In this document: positions 40,238-51,036 of the stretch, one piece after another
How the letters are laid out: each line of letters opens with the position of its first letter
How positions within the stretch are numbered: position 1 is the first letter of the stretch
Assembly: GCA_947572725.1 (NCBI GenBank)
Contig: CANPDB010000005.1
Location: 2,402-66,401 of the forward strand
DNA: 64,000 nucleotides
Reading direction: 5' to 3'
From: an uncultured Clostridium sp.
Lineage (GTDB): Bacteria; Bacillota; Clostridia; TANB77; CAG-508
Made by a program: the position numbers and the translations under genes
The notes under the pieces: model-generated
The model's input: the letters and a program-made list of their open reading frames with translations, nothing else
The model's database searches: none
Told to the model about the DNA's origin: nothing

Positions 40238-41527
40238 TTATTTTTCAATCAGATCATCCTTTAAGTTTTTTATTACTGTTCCATAAATATAAAAGCTTCC
40301 TACAATAAATGTAACACAATTTTTATACTTTTTTTTAACTAATGCTAATGCCTTTTCTAATTCATACATATATAAACTTTTGCTATTTGTATGTTTTTTT
40401 GCTTCATTATATAGTTCTTCTTTTGACACATATATTTTTTTGTCATTTCCATCAGTAAATATAAATATAGATTTTTTATCTTTTAAAAGTTCTTTTAAAA
40501 TTGTTTTATAATCCTTTAAATTTAATATTGAAATAATATAAACTTTATCTTGATTATCATAATACATTTTAACACTATTTATAAAATTTTCTATTGCTGG
40601 TTTATTATGTGCTCCGTCGTATATGATTAGTGGATGATTGCTTATCTTTTCAAATCTTCCTTTATGTATTGTGGCTTTTAACCCATCTCTTATTTCTTTT
40701 TCTGAGATTTTATATGATTTATTTCTTAAAATTTCAGCACATTCTATACATATACTTGCATTATAAATTTGCTTTTTCCCTTTAAGATTTATTAATATAT
40801 TTTTGTAATTTCTATAATTAAACTTTTGAAAGTCTTCATCATAATCATAGTTAAATATATCTTCTTTTTTTATTAAGTGCAATATATTGCTTTTATTTGA
40901 ACATATTTCTTTTATTTTATCATTTACTTCTTTTTCCTCTTGTTCTACAAATATAGTTTCTGAGTTTTCTTTTATTATTCCTGCTTTTTGCTCAGCTATT
41001 TCTAATAAAGTGTTACCTAAAATATTCATATGGTCATATCCTATACTTGTTATAATTGATAAAATAGGATTTACTATATTTGTACAATCATATAGTCCAC
41101 CTAGTCCTGTTTCTAATACTACGAAATCACAATTATTTTTATAAAAATGTAATATAGCCATTGTTGTTTCTAATTCAAATAATGTTATTTTTGAATTATT
41201 TAAACTATTGTATTTATCAACTTTCGGCATTAATTTTTTAATTAATTTTTCTATTTCTTCATCAGTTATATTTTTGTTATTAATGCTTATTCTTTCATTG
41301 TAATCAATTAAATGTGGACTCATAAATTTTCCAACTTTATATCCCGAATTTAATAAAATGTTTGTTATCATTTCTGTACAACTACCTTTTCCGTTTGTAC
41401 CTGCTATGTGTATTATTTTTAAATTTTTCTCTGGATGCTCAAATTCATTCATAAAATATTCCATTGCTTTTAATGTTGGATTTTTTGTTCTATTATAAAA
41501 AGTTGACAAATATTCTTGTACATTCAT
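40238..41527 (-). CDS. folC: Folylpolyglutamate synthase / dihydrofolate synthase
   Basis: HIAGTNGKGS P-loop. Mur-ligase architecture. Confidence 0.9.
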   Translation of the reverse strand: MNVQEYLSTFYNRTKNPTLKAMEYFMNEFEHPEKNLKIIHIAGTNGKGSCTEMITNILLNSGYKVGKFMSPHLIDYNERISINNKNITDEEIEKLIKKLMPKVDKYNSLNNSKITLFELETTMAILHFYKNNCDFVVLETGLGGLYDCTNIVNPILSIITSIGYDHMNILGNTLLEIAEQKAGIIKENSETIFVEQEEKEVNDKIKEICSNKSNILHLIKKEDIFNYDYDEDFQKFNYRNYKNILINLKGKKQIYNASICIECAEILRNKSYKISEKEIRDGLKATIHKGRFEKISNHPLIIYDGAHNKPAIENFINSVKMYYDNQDKVYIISILNLKDYKTILKELLKDKKSIFIFTDGNDKKIYVSKEELYNEAKKHTNSKSLYMYELEKALALVKKKYKNCVTFIVGSFYIYGTVIKNLKDDLIEK

Positions 41528-41530
41528 TTC

Positions 41531-42061
41531 CTATTTCTCCTCATATAGGTATTTTTTTATAAGTGGTCTTGAAAATTTTTCTAATGCATAAATGGTTATT
41601 ATCTGTATAGGCATCATTATTATTTGTGTAATTATTCTACTAGCCATAATTGCTGAATATGCCTTTCCATATAATATGTGAATCCACAATGAAGTTATAA
41701 AAACATTTACTATAATTAGAACTATTAAACTACTTATTATTAACCTTATTATTAATTGATTATTTTTTAGTGCTTCTCCATTATTATATAGAAATAGCCC
41801 ATATATTAATCCAGAAATTGCTGCACTTACTGTGAATCCTGGAAAATATGCTCCAAATGGAAATAAAATTGCTCCTAATAAATCTCCTAATAACGCGATT
41901 ATCGTGCTATATTTAGGTCCTAACCAAATTGCTGACATCATAATTGGTATAAAGCTAATGCTTATTACTAATATTTGTGTTTTTATTGATACAAATCTAG
42001 ATAATATTATTAATATTGCTAATAGCATTGCTGATAATATAACTTTCTTTATTTTAGACAT
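41531..42061 (-). CDS. folT: ECF S component, folate family
   Basis: About 175 aa with 6 TM helices. First gene behind a THF riboswitch and next to folC. Confidence 0.75.
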   Translation of the reverse strand: MSKIKKVILSAMLLAILIILSRFVSIKTQILVISISFIPIMMSAIWLGPKYSTIIALLGDLLGAILFPFGAYFPGFTVSAAISGLIYGLFLYNNGEALKNNQLIIRLIISSLIVLIIVNVFITSLWIHILYGKAYSAIMASRIITQIIMMPIQIITIYALEKFSRPLIKKYLYEEK

Positions 42062-42089
42062 AAAAAAATCTCCCTTCTTTATAGTTCAC

Positions 42090-42224
42090 GCTACAAAGAA
42101 AGAAGATTTTAATTTCTTCTTTTATTTTTTATAGCGGAATGCGAAAATAAATAAGCGATTTATATCTTGCCTTAATAGCAACTTCCCGTCTATTAAGTCT
42201 TAACTATTTATTTCCTACTCTATA
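42090..42224 (-). promoter_or_regulatory. THF (folT-motif) riboswitch with terminator expression platform
   Basis: Minus strand reads TATAGAGTAGGAAATAAATAGTTAAG...ACGGGAAGT...TTATTTATTTTCGCATTCCGCTATA. This matches the GAGUAG / GUUAAG / GGGA / GCAUYCCGCU landmarks of the E. siraeum THF aptamer as I recall it. It is followed by AAGAAGAAA..TCTTCTTTCTT. Confidence 0.8.
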
Positions 42225-42233
42225 TTAATTATT

Positions 42234-42977
42234 CTATTTTACTTCTCTTGCTTTTACAACAACTCTATACTTACTGTCATCTGTACATGTTATTAATGTT
42301 ACTTCTTTATTTCCATTTGTTAATTGTGTTGTACAACTTACATCAGTTGGATCTACCTGATATTTATTATAAACTCTATAATTGATTGTTTTTCCAGACA
42401 AATCTGTAATTTCTATAATATCACCTGTTGTTAATGTTGGAACTTTACTAAAGAATTTTTTGTTTCTATAATTATGACCTACAATACAAAAGTTTCCAAC
42501 TTCGTTTGGTTCTGGTCCCCAGAATTTTGTAGGTGATATTTTTAATAATGCTTCTGTTTCTTGTGCTGAATCAGTTTCTCCATCAAAAATTGGATATTTT
42601 ACGTTTATTTTTGGAATATTAACAGTTCCTACTACTACATATTTATATCCATTACTTGTCGTCTGAACATCTCTATTTGTCGTTTGAGGTTGAACGTAAC
42701 TACTATTACTATCGTCTGAGTCTCCATCTTCATCATCTAATACTACTACTAGTATATTATTATCAGCTACTGTAGTATCTTCCATTGTTCCCATATTTTC
42801 TAATATTGCTTGTGAAACTTCCTCGCTTTTATTCCTGTCATATTCAGCATATATGTATAAGGAAACTAAAATGCATATCAAAAAAATGGAAAAAAGAAAA
42901 TTAACTTTATATGCTTTCTTTTTTCTCTTTAATTCAGGTGTAATATATAATTTGTCTGTTGTTAAAATTTGATTCAT
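42234..42977 (-). CDS. Sortase-family transpeptidase
   Basis: N-terminal TM helix. VGHN... and the TLITC catalytic Cys motif. Confidence 0.8.
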   Translation of the reverse strand: MNQILTTDKLYITPELKRKKKAYKVNFLFSIFLICILVSLYIYAEYDRNKSEEVSQAILENMGTMEDTTVADNNILVVVLDDEDGDSDDSNSSYVQPQTTNRDVQTTSNGYKYVVVGTVNIPKINVKYPIFDGETDSAQETEALLKISPTKFWGPEPNEVGNFCIVGHNYRNKKFFSKVPTLTTGDIIEITDLSGKTINYRVYNKYQVDPTDVSCTTQLTNGNKEVTLITCTDDSKYRVVVKAREVK

Positions 42978-43032
42978 ATTATTCTCCTTATTATATTACT
43001 TCTTTATTATTATAACATAAAATATTCTAGAT

Positions 43033-43905
43033 TTAAATAGTTTTATTAAAAATTTTATCTGTAATATATGAAAAATCATTTAAATTTAATTTTTCTGCTC
43101 TTATATTTGGATCTAATCCTATCTCATTTAAAATAGAACTTCCTTCTTCTTTTGTTTCAAATACTTTTGCATTTGTTAATGCATTTAATAATGTTTTTCT
43201 TCTTTGCATAAATGCACATTTTATAATTCTAAACATTATTTCCTTATTTGATACTTTTACTGGTTTATCTTCTCTAATATTTAGTTTAATTACTTCTGAG
43301 GTTACTTCTGGTTGTGGTATAAAAGAGTTATTTGGAACTTCCATTATTTTTTGTGCAATTGAATAATAGTAGACTGCATATGTAATAGCTCCTGTATTCT
43401 TTTCTCCTGGAATGGCAATTAGCCTATCTGCAACTTCTTTTTGTATCATAACAGTAATACTTGTTAAATCTAATTCTTCTTCCAATAATTTCATAATAAT
43501 TGGTGTTGTAATATAATATGGAAGATTTGCTACTATTTTTGCATTTTTATATTTTCCATTGTTCTTTTCTTCTTCAATTAATTCTTTCAAATTGACTTTT
43601 AGTATGTCTTGATTTATTAATTGAAAATTATTATACATTGTAAATCTATCTTCTAATATTTCAATCATTTTTTTGTCTAACTCTACACAAATTACTTTTC
43701 CTGCTTTTTCTAATAAACCTTTTGTTAATGTTCCTAATCCAGGTCCTATTTCTATAACTAAATCGTCTTTTTCTATTTCACTGCTTTCTATTATTGTTTC
43801 TACTACTTGACTATTTATTAGAAAGTTTTGCCCTAATGATTTATTTGCTTTTATATTATATTTTTTCATAATGAATTCTGTTTCGTTTTTTATATTATAA
43901 TCCAT
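43033..43905 (-). CDS. rsmA: 16S rRNA (adenine1518/1519-N6)-dimethyltransferase
   Basis: KSLGQNFL, EIGPGLGTLT, ANLPYYITTPI. Confidence 0.9.
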   Translation of the reverse strand: MDYNIKNETEFIMKKYNIKANKSLGQNFLINSQVVETIIESSEIEKDDLVIEIGPGLGTLTKGLLEKAGKVICVELDKKMIEILEDRFTMYNNFQLINQDILKVNLKELIEEEKNNGKYKNAKIVANLPYYITTPIIMKLLEEELDLTSITVMIQKEVADRLIAIPGEKNTGAITYAVYYYSIAQKIMEVPNNSFIPQPEVTSEVIKLNIREDKPVKVSNKEIMFRIIKCAFMQRRKTLLNALTNAKVFETKEEGSSILNEIGLDPNIRAEKLNLNDFSYITDKIFNKTI

Positions 43906-43985
43906 AAAATATTTTCTCCTTTTATATTATTTACCTTTGAATAATAACAATATTTTGTTACAATTTACAACTTGTTTATATTTGT

Positions 43986-44141
43986 TAAATAGTTATAATA
44001 TATTATTTTTTAGGAATGAATGTGGGGACCAACAAGTTACAGCTTGTAAATAAAATTTGAGGAGCAACTGCACCGCATAAGTTTATCTACAAACTGTTAG
44101 CAGTTGGGAATAGATAAAAAATAATATCTTATAACTATTTA
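43986..44141. repeat. Long palindromic intergenic element, GGGGACCAAC family
   Basis: Outer inverted repeat TAAATAGTTATAATATATTATTTTTTA / TAAAAAATAATATCTTATAACTATTTA. Core TGTGGGGACCAACAAGTTACA ... ACAAACTGTTAGCAGTTGGGA is shared with 49801-49873. Confidence 0.6.
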
Positions 44142-44316
44142 GCTAATCTACTATTTTAAATAATGCTATGAATTATAACAATATTTTATTACAATTTATA
44201 TGTTTTTTCAAGTTCATATTGCTTTTTACCTCAGTTTCATATAAAATATAGTTACAATTTAGTTTAAAAATTATTTAAACTAAATTGTAACGAAATATAA
44301 CAAAAGAGGCGTAAAT

Positions 44317-46824
44317 ATGAAAAATAATAAAACACCTAATCGAAAAAACACTAAATCAAAATCAAACAATATACCTCAAAAATCAAGTACTATAACATCT
44401 AAAACAGCAACTAAATCTACAAAAACAAATTCTTCAAAGATATCTAAATCAGCTAGTAAAGTGCAAAAGTCTGATCGAAAATCTTCTAAGTCATCAAAGA
44501 CAGATTCTAGACCTTCAAAATCAATCGCTAAGACATCTAAAAAATCAAATTCATATAATGAACAATCTAATTCAACTGTTATAAATGTAAAAAATAAATT
44601 TAGTTCTAAAAATTTAATAGTTACGAAAAAATTAAGATTCACTTTGATTATACTAATTGTTATTTTTGCTTTATTATTAGCTAGAATAGGATTTCTTCAA
44701 TTTGCACAAGGAAACTATTTAAAAGAACTCGCTTATCAACAACAACTAATTAATCAAATTATTAGTCCTAAAAGAGGCAATATTTATGATTCAACGGGAA
44801 AATCATTAGCTATTAGTGCTTCAGTTGATACTATTACAATTAATCCTGCAAAGTTCATAAAAGATTCTACAAGCGATACAAAAGCACTTCAAGAAAAAGT
44901 TGCTAAAGGATTGTCTGAAATTTTTGAACTTAATTATGATGATATGATTACAAAAGTTACAAGTACTTCTCAGGTTGAAACAATTGCTAAAAAGGTTGAA
45001 CGAGATAAAGTAGATAAATTAAAAGAGTGGATGGATGAAAATAAAGTTACATCTGGTATTAATATAGATGAAGACACAAAAAGATATTATCCTTATAGTT
45101 CGGTTGCTTCTAGTCTAATTGGTTTTTGTGGAAATGATAATCAAGGATTAAGTGGTATTGAATATACTTGGGATTCTGTTTTAACTGGAACTCCTGGAAA
45201 AATTGTTAGTTATAAAGGTAGTGACCAGAAAGAAATTCCTAATTCAGAAGAAACTTATATATCTGCTGAAAATGGTAGTGATCTAACACTTACAATTGAC
45301 CTTAATATTCAAACAATTGTAGAGAAATATTTAAAACAAGCTGTTGAAAACAATTCTTGTTCAAGGGGTGGTAATGTTATTGTTATGAATCCTGAAAATG
45401 GAGATATTTTAGCAATGGCCTGTTATCCAGATTATGATTTAAACAGTCCCTATACTCCTAATTCTACATTAGCAAAAACCTATAATTCACTTTCTGCTGA
45501 ACAAAAAAATGAATCTTTATATAAAATGTGGTCTAATAAATCAGTAGCAGAAACTTATGAACCTGGCTCTACTTTTAAAATTATTACAGCTGCTGTTGCA
45601 TTAGAAGAGAACATTGCAAAAACAGATACAAGCAATGACTTCTATTGTCGAGGATATGAAGAATTTGACGATGTTTCTAATTCTAAAGTAACAATCCGTT
45701 GTTGGAGAGATCAACCTCATGGTGTTCAATCTTTAAGACAAGCTCTTTGTAATTCTTGCAACCCTGCTTTTATGCAATTAGGTAAAAAGGTTACTGCTCC
45801 TACATTATATAAGTATTATAAAGCATTTGGATTGTTTGATTCTACTGGCTCTGGTTTATATGGTGAACAAAATAGTATTTTTCAAGATTTAGATAAAGTT
45901 GGACCAGTTGAACTTGCAACTATGTCATTTGGACAAAGACTAAATGTTACACCTCTTCAAATGATAACTGCTATTTCTTGCGTAGCTAATGATGGTGTTT
46001 TAATGAAACCAAGAATTGTAAAACAAATTAAAAATACAGAAAATGATTCCATAAGTGAAGTTCCTGTAACAGAAGTTAGACAAGTTATTTCAAAACAAAC
46101 AGCTGAAAATGTAAAGTCTATGATGGAATCTGTCGTAACACAAGGTACAGGTAGAAATGCAGCAGTTGTTGGATATTCAATTGGCGGAAAAACAGGTACT
46201 TCAGAGCCTACTGAGGCCAATAAAGATGAAGGATATGTTGCATCTTATGTAGCAATTTCACCTGTTGAAGATACTCAGGTAGTACTATTACTTACATTAT
46301 ATGATCCTCCAGATGACAATCATCAAGGTGGACAAGTTGCAGGTCCTGTCGTATCTCAAATGTTATCAGAAATATTACCTTACTTATTAATACCTTCAGA
46401 TTCTAATACTTCTTCTACTGACTCTAGCAATTTGATTACAGTTCCTGATATTAGAAATAAAACTGTTGCAGAAGCTGAAAAAACATTAAAAAATGCTGGA
46501 TTCGCAGTAAAAACTTATGTAAGTGGAGATAGCAATACTGTCTTAGTTGAAGACCAGACGCCAAAACCAGGTATTTCATTATCAAAAAATTCTATAATAA
46601 TACTTTATGGTAAGGGAAATAGTGCATCTACTTCAGTTAATGTTCCTGATTTAAAAGGAATGTCTGCATCTGAGGCTACTACGGTTTTAAGAAATAAGAA
46701 TTTGAATATACTTACTGAAGGAAAAGGATCTATCATTACTCAAGATTACTCAAAAGATGAACAAGTTCCAGAAGGTACAATTATACGAGTTACGTTAAAG
46801 CAAAATTTAACAGATGCTCATTAA
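44317..46824 (+). CDS. Class B penicillin-binding protein (FtsI/SpoVD/PBP2B type) with two PASTA domains and a ~100-aa K/S-rich N-terminal extension
   Basis: STFK active-site motif, SCN, KTGT, and two C-terminal PASTA-like repeats (VPDIRNKTVAEAEKTLKNAGF and VPDLKGMSASEATTVLRNKNL). Confidence 0.9.
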   Translation: MKNNKTPNRKNTKSKSNNIPQKSSTITSKTATKSTKTNSSKISKSASKVQKSDRKSSKSSKTDSRPSKSIAKTSKKSNSYNEQSNSTVINVKNKFSSKNLIVTKKLRFTLIILIVIFALLLARIGFLQFAQGNYLKELAYQQQLINQIISPKRGNIYDSTGKSLAISASVDTITINPAKFIKDSTSDTKALQEKVAKGLSEIFELNYDDMITKVTSTSQVETIAKKVERDKVDKLKEWMDENKVTSGINIDEDTKRYYPYSSVASSLIGFCGNDNQGLSGIEYTWDSVLTGTPGKIVSYKGSDQKEIPNSEETYISAENGSDLTLTIDLNIQTIVEKYLKQAVENNSCSRGGNVIVMNPENGDILAMACYPDYDLNSPYTPNSTLAKTYNSLSAEQKNESLYKMWSNKSVAETYEPGSTFKIITAAVALEENIAKTDTSNDFYCRGYEEFDDVSNSKVTIRCWRDQPHGVQSLRQALCNSCNPAFMQLGKKVTAPTLYKYYKAFGLFDSTGSGLYGEQNSIFQDLDKVGPVELATMSFGQRLNVTPLQMITAISCVANDGVLMKPRIVKQIKNTENDSISEVPVTEVRQVISKQTAENVKSMMESVVTQGTGRNAAVVGYSIGGKTGTSEPTEANKDEGYVASYVAISPVEDTQVVLLLTLYDPPDDNHQGGQVAGPVVSQMLSEILPYLLIPSDSNTSSTDSSNLITVPDIRNKTVAEAEKTLKNAGFAVKTYVSGDSNTVLVEDQTPKPGISLSKNSIIILYGKGNSASTSVNVPDLKGMSASEATTVLRNKNLNILTEGKGSIITQDYSKDEQVPEGTIIRVTLKQNLTDAH

Positions 46825-46910
46825 TAAATAAGAAAATAATATGTTTTGGCATTTTTTCTATAACAAAAGTAAACATCTGAAATGTTTGGACTGATAAATG
46901 TAATATTTAT

Positions 46911-47549
46911 TCAGTCCATTTTTTCATTTTCCCAATATTCTTTTAGTAGTTTATCTAATTTATTAATTTTATCATATTTTCTTACTACATAGTCAACTAA
47001 ATCTTTTCTTTCTCCTCGTAAATAAATCATCCAAGCATCTTCTTTGTTTATAGTTGCAATTATATCTTTACTGAATTTTGGTAGTTCTAATATGTGAAAT
47101 TCTAGCCTTTCTTTATTTCCATTTTCATCTGGATTGCTATCTATATATTTTATTTGATGGTAGTTTTCTGATTTAAAATGTTCGAAATCTAATAAATTAA
47201 TTGTTACTGTTTTTGCAGTTTTTCTATTTGCATTATGTTCTAATTGATTTGAGTGTATTTGTGCATAATATAATAACATTTTATTCTGAATATAATATCC
47301 ATCTATCCATTGTATTCCTATGTTCATTTCTTTTGCATCTATTAGTTTAATCCTAACATCTGCTATTCCAAATTTTTCTTCTGATGGAAGATATTTTTCT
47401 TTGCTTTTTAAATATGGATTTAGTGTGATTTCTTTTATTTTTATATGCAAGAATGTTTCTATAAAATCTTGTATAATATCTAAATTGTCTTTTGAATTTA
47501 AAACTTTTCGTAATACTAAATTACTGTTTGAAACAAAATTTCTATTCAT
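46911..47549 (-). CDS. Rpn/YhgA-like PD-(D/E)XK nuclease (putative transposase family)
   Basis: The pattern ...EKFGIADVRIKL...EMNIGIQ... is typical of the PDDEXK_2 family (inference from motif layout). Confidence 0.65.
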   Translation of the reverse strand: MNRNFVSNSNLVLRKVLNSKDNLDIIQDFIETFLHIKIKEITLNPYLKSKEKYLPSEEKFGIADVRIKLIDAKEMNIGIQWIDGYYIQNKMLLYYAQIHSNQLEHNANRKTAKTVTINLLDFEHFKSENYHQIKYIDSNPDENGNKERLEFHILELPKFSKDIIATINKEDAWMIYLRGERKDLVDYVVRKYDKINKLDKLLKEYWENEKMD

Positions 47550-47679
47550 AAATTAATTAAGTAAAAACTTTTCCTCCTCGTATCAATTTAAAATTATATA
47601 ATTTGTTTAAGTATATTTTGTCCCATTATTCTTTGTCAATACATTTTTTTAACTTTTTTAACTTTTCATCGCATTTTTC

Positions 47680-47723
47680 GACAAAAATCGGGAATGTATG
47701 ACTAAATTCTAATCATACATTCC
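47680..47723 (-). terminator. Terminator overlapping the ispH stop
   Basis: Perfect 11-bp stem GGAATGTATGA / TCATACATTCC, followed by TTTTT on the minus strand. Confidence 0.5.
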
Positions 47724-48646
47724 ATATCTTCTAATTCTTTTATTGCTTTTAATACGCTTTCTTTTGATGTTGAAATTTCTACCATCATTCCAATTTCTTT
47801 TAATACATCACATATAGCTTTTTTAGGTGTTGATGCTCCTGCCATCACGCCAATTGAATCATAGTGCTCTATATTTTCATTTCTTACTTTTTCAGCAGTT
47901 TCTATATGTACTGCATGTTTACAGTTCTTTTTTGCTATTTCATATAATTTATTTGTATTTGAACTATTTTTTCCTCCTATAATTATCATACAATCCACTT
48001 TTTGTGATAACTCTTGCATTTCTTTTTGCCTTGATTCTGTTGCTTTACATATAGTGTTTTTAACAACCACTTCTACATTTTCACCAACTTCTTCTTTAAT
48101 TATATTTTGTATCATTTCAAACTTTTTTACACTATAAGTTGTTTGTGCCATTATTAAAATTTTTTCTATATTAGAGGCCTTAAACTTTTTCAAAAGTTCT
48201 TCTATTTCTTCTTCATTTTCTATTATAGAAAAATTGTTTCCACAATAACTTTTTGTTCCTATAATTTCTGGATGGTCTTTCTTTCCACATAAAACTATAT
48301 AATATCCCTTTTCTACATATTCTTCTGCTATTAAATGTGTTTTTAAAACTTTTGGACAAGTATAATCTATAATATTTATTTCATTCTTTTTAGCCTTTTC
48401 ATAAATCTCTTTTGCCTCTCCATGAGCTCTTATAATAACATTTGCGTTTTCTTCTTCTATTTCTTCTAAATCTTCTATAAAGCTAATTCCTTTCTCCTGT
48501 AATTCTGAAACTACTTGCTTATTATGAACTAACTCACCTAGACAATAAGTTGTATTATTATTTTCTTCTATTTGCTTTATGCTTCCATCGACTGCTCTTT
48601 GTACTCCATAACAAAAACCTGCTGTTTTTCCAACTAATATTTCCAT
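47702..48646 (-). CDS. ispH: 4-hydroxy-3-methylbut-2-enyl diphosphate reductase
   Basis: MEILVGKTAGFCYGVQRAV N-terminus with conserved Cys ligands. Confidence 0.9.
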   Translation of the reverse strand: MEILVGKTAGFCYGVQRAVDGSIKQIEENNNTTYCLGELVHNKQVVSELQEKGISFIEDLEEIEEENANVIIRAHGEAKEIYEKAKKNEINIIDYTCPKVLKTHLIAEEYVEKGYYIVLCGKKDHPEIIGTKSYCGNNFSIIENEEEIEELLKKFKASNIEKILIMAQTTYSVKKFEMIQNIIKEEVGENVEVVVKNTICKATESRQKEMQELSQKVDCMIIIGGKNSSNTNKLYEIAKKNCKHAVHIETAEKVRNENIEHYDSIGVMAGASTPKKAICDVLKEIGMMVEISTSKESVLKAIKELEDMECMIRI

Positions 48647-48664
48647 AATTCTCCTCTTTCCATT

Positions 48665-49723
48665 TTAGATAACTATTTTTAATATTTCTGCTTTTAATGT
48701 TTCTATCATTTCTTCTTGTTTTACTTTTCTTATAATTTCTCCTTTTTTAAAAAGAAGTCCTTCACCTATTCCTCCTGCAATTCCAATATCTGCACACCTT
48801 GCTTCTCCTGGTCCATTTACTGCACATCCCATTACCGCTACTGTAATATCTGATTCTATTGTTTGCAAAAATTCTTCTATTTCTTTAGCAATTGGTATTA
48901 AATCTATTTGAGTTCTTCCACAAGTAGGACATGCTATTATCGTTGGTGACTTTTTATATAAATTGCAATCTTTTAGTATTTCTTTTACTACTTTTATTTC
49001 TTTTACTGGATCATCTGATAGTGAAACTCTTATTGTATCTCCAATTCCTTGTCTTAATAAGTATCCTAATCCAATACTTGATTTTATTGTTCCACTAAAT
49101 TCTGTTCCAGCTTCTGTTATTCCTAAATGTAATGGACAATCAAAAGCTTCTGATGCTTTTTCATAGCTTTCTATGCATAAGTCTAAGTTTGATGCCTTTA
49201 AAGATATTAAATAGTTATGAAAATCTAATTCTTCTAATATGTCTATATGTCTTTTTGCGCTCTCGACCATTGCTTCTGCTGTAGGTTTTCCACCATATTT
49301 TTCTAACAAATCTTTTTCTAATGAACCAGCATTTACTCCTATTCTAATTGGTATTCCTTTTTGTTTACATTTATCAACTACTACCTTTACTCTTTCTTGC
49401 GCTCCTATATTTCCAGGATTGATTCTTACTTTGTCTACCCCAGATTCAATTGCTTCTAATGCAATTTTATAATCAAAATGTATGTCTGCTACGATAGGAA
49501 TATGTATCCTTTTCTTTATTTCTTTAATTGCTTTAGCATCTTCTAAGTCTAAACACGCTACTCTAATAATTTCACAACCAACTTCTTCTAATTTTAGTAT
49601 TTGTTCAACTGTAGCTTCTATGTCTTTTGTTTTTGTATTGCACATTGATTGAATTACTACTTTTTCTTGTCCACCTATAACTACGTTTCCTACTACGATT
49701 TTTTTGGTACTTTTTCTATTCAT
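48665..49723 (-). CDS. ispG: 4-hydroxy-3-methylbut-2-en-1-yl diphosphate synthase
   Basis: [26 protein letters not shown]...GCAVNGPGE. Confidence 0.9.
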   Translation of the reverse strand: MNRKSTKKIVVGNVVIGGQEKVVIQSMCNTKTKDIEATVEQILKLEEVGCEIIRVACLDLEDAKAIKEIKKRIHIPIVADIHFDYKIALEAIESGVDKVRINPGNIGAQERVKVVVDKCKQKGIPIRIGVNAGSLEKDLLEKYGGKPTAEAMVESAKRHIDILEELDFHNYLISLKASNLDLCIESYEKASEAFDCPLHLGITEAGTEFSGTIKSSIGLGYLLRQGIGDTIRVSLSDDPVKEIKVVKEILKDCNLYKKSPTIIACPTCGRTQIDLIPIAKEIEEFLQTIESDITVAVMGCAVNGPGEARCADIGIAGGIGEGLLFKKGEIIRKVKQEEMIETLKAEILKIVI

Positions 49724-49770
49724 TTATTTCATTCCTTTTTATATATTTACAATTCATAGTTATTAATTTT

Positions 49771-49904
49771 ATACATAAAATTTATTATATTTTTTATAAA
49801 GTGACAATTCGGGGGGACCAACAAGATTACAAACTGTTACTTTAGTTACAGTTTGTTCGCAGTTGGGAGTCACTTTAGAAAAAATACTAATAAATTTTGT
49901 TTAT
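49771..49904. repeat. Long palindromic intergenic element, GGGGACCAAC family
   Basis: An inverted repeat of about 35 nt (ATACATAAAATTTATTATATTTTTTATAAAGTGAC and its partner) around a core GGGGGGACCAACAAGATTACAAACTGT..ACAGTTTGTTCGCAGTTGGGAGTCAC. Confidence 0.6.
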
Positions 49905-49996
49905 ACTTATTTAAGTTGTAAATGATAACTTTCCTAAAATATAAAAAAGTAGACATATATTTTATAGATGTCTACTTTCATTATTTTGGATTTACT

Positions 49997-50740
49997 TTAA
50001 TTTGTAGCAATGTAATATCCTACTCCTCTTTTTGTCATTAATATTTTAGGAATAGAGGTATCCTTTTCTATTTTTTCTCTGATTCTTCTTACTGTGACAT
50101 CAACAGTCCTTATATCTCCATAATATTCGTATCCCCATACTTTTTCAAGTAAAGTTTCTCTTGTTATAACTTGTTCAGGTTGAGATGCTAAAAATTTTAG
50201 TACTTCAAATTCTCTTAGTGTTAAATCAATTATCTCTCCTCTTACTTTAACCTCGAATTTGTCTAAATCTAGTTCTAAATCACCTACAACAATTTTATTT
50301 TCTTTCTTTTTATTTTCATTTGCTGTATTTGCTTGTTGAACTGTTGTAACCGCTTCTACTTTTCGTAAGTTTGCTTTTACTCTTGCAACTAATTCTCTTA
50401 CACTAAATGGTTTTGTTATATAGTCATCTGCACCTAATTCTAGTCCTAAAATTTTATCGATTTCACTATCTTTTGCTGTTAACATTATAATTGGCACATT
50501 TAAAGAATTCTTAACTCTTTTGCATACTGATAAACCATCCATTTTTGGCAACATTATATCTAATAAAATTAAGTCTGGCTTTTGTTCTAACGCCATATCT
50601 ATTGCTGTTAATCCATCACTTGCTTCTATTGTATTATATCCTTCTTTTTTTAAGTTATATACCAATATATCTACAATTGGTTGTTCGTCATCAACAATTA
50701 AAATTGTTTTAAGATCATCTCTTTCAATTTCTTCTTCCAC
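49997..50740 (-). CDS. OmpR/PhoB-family response regulator with no adjacent histidine kinase
   Basis: Receiver domain (DDEQPI..D...LPKMDG) plus winged-helix output (VITRETLLEKVWG...RTVDVTVRRIREKI). GTG start. Confidence 0.9.
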   Translation of the reverse strand: MEEEIERDDLKTILIVDDEQPIVDILVYNLKKEGYNTIEASDGLTAIDMALEQKPDLILLDIMLPKMDGLSVCKRVKNSLNVPIIMLTAKDSEIDKILGLELGADDYITKPFSVRELVARVKANLRKVEAVTTVQQANTANENKKKENKIVVGDLELDLDKFEVKVRGEIIDLTLREFEVLKFLASQPEQVITRETLLEKVWGYEYYGDIRTVDVTVRRIREKIEKDTSIPKILMTKRGVGYYIATN

Positions 50741-50841
50741 AAAAATTCCGCCTTTCTTTGTTTAGCTTTATTTTTATAGTATAGTTATATCATAATTACT
50801 TTTATTATACAAGTTTTTTTTCATTTTTTCTATGTTATTTA

Positions 50842-51036
50842 GTAACTAATTAGACTAAGTAATTTTAAATAGCGCTAAAGAGTTTATATTTCAATATTTT
50901 GAAGTGAAATTATGGGGACCGTTTTAGAAAATGTTTGAGCTATAGCGAGATACATTTTCTTAAATGGGGATAACGTAAAAATATTTAAATATAAACTCTT
51001 GGGAGCGAGTAGATAATTAGCAGTCTAAATAGTTAT
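50842..51036 (-). repeat. Palindromic intergenic element, core family A, long-interior subtype (reverse orientation)
   Basis: Core 50867-51012 carries the reverse complements of CTACTCGCTCCC and GCGCTATTT. Outer arms GTAACTAATTAGACT / AGTCTAAATAGTTAT resemble the outer repeats of the short-interior copies. Confidence 0.8.

Noticed and set aside
49997-50740. A two-component system
   Set aside because: Only the response regulator is present. The flanking genes are ispG and a TSCPD protein, so no kinase can be called here.
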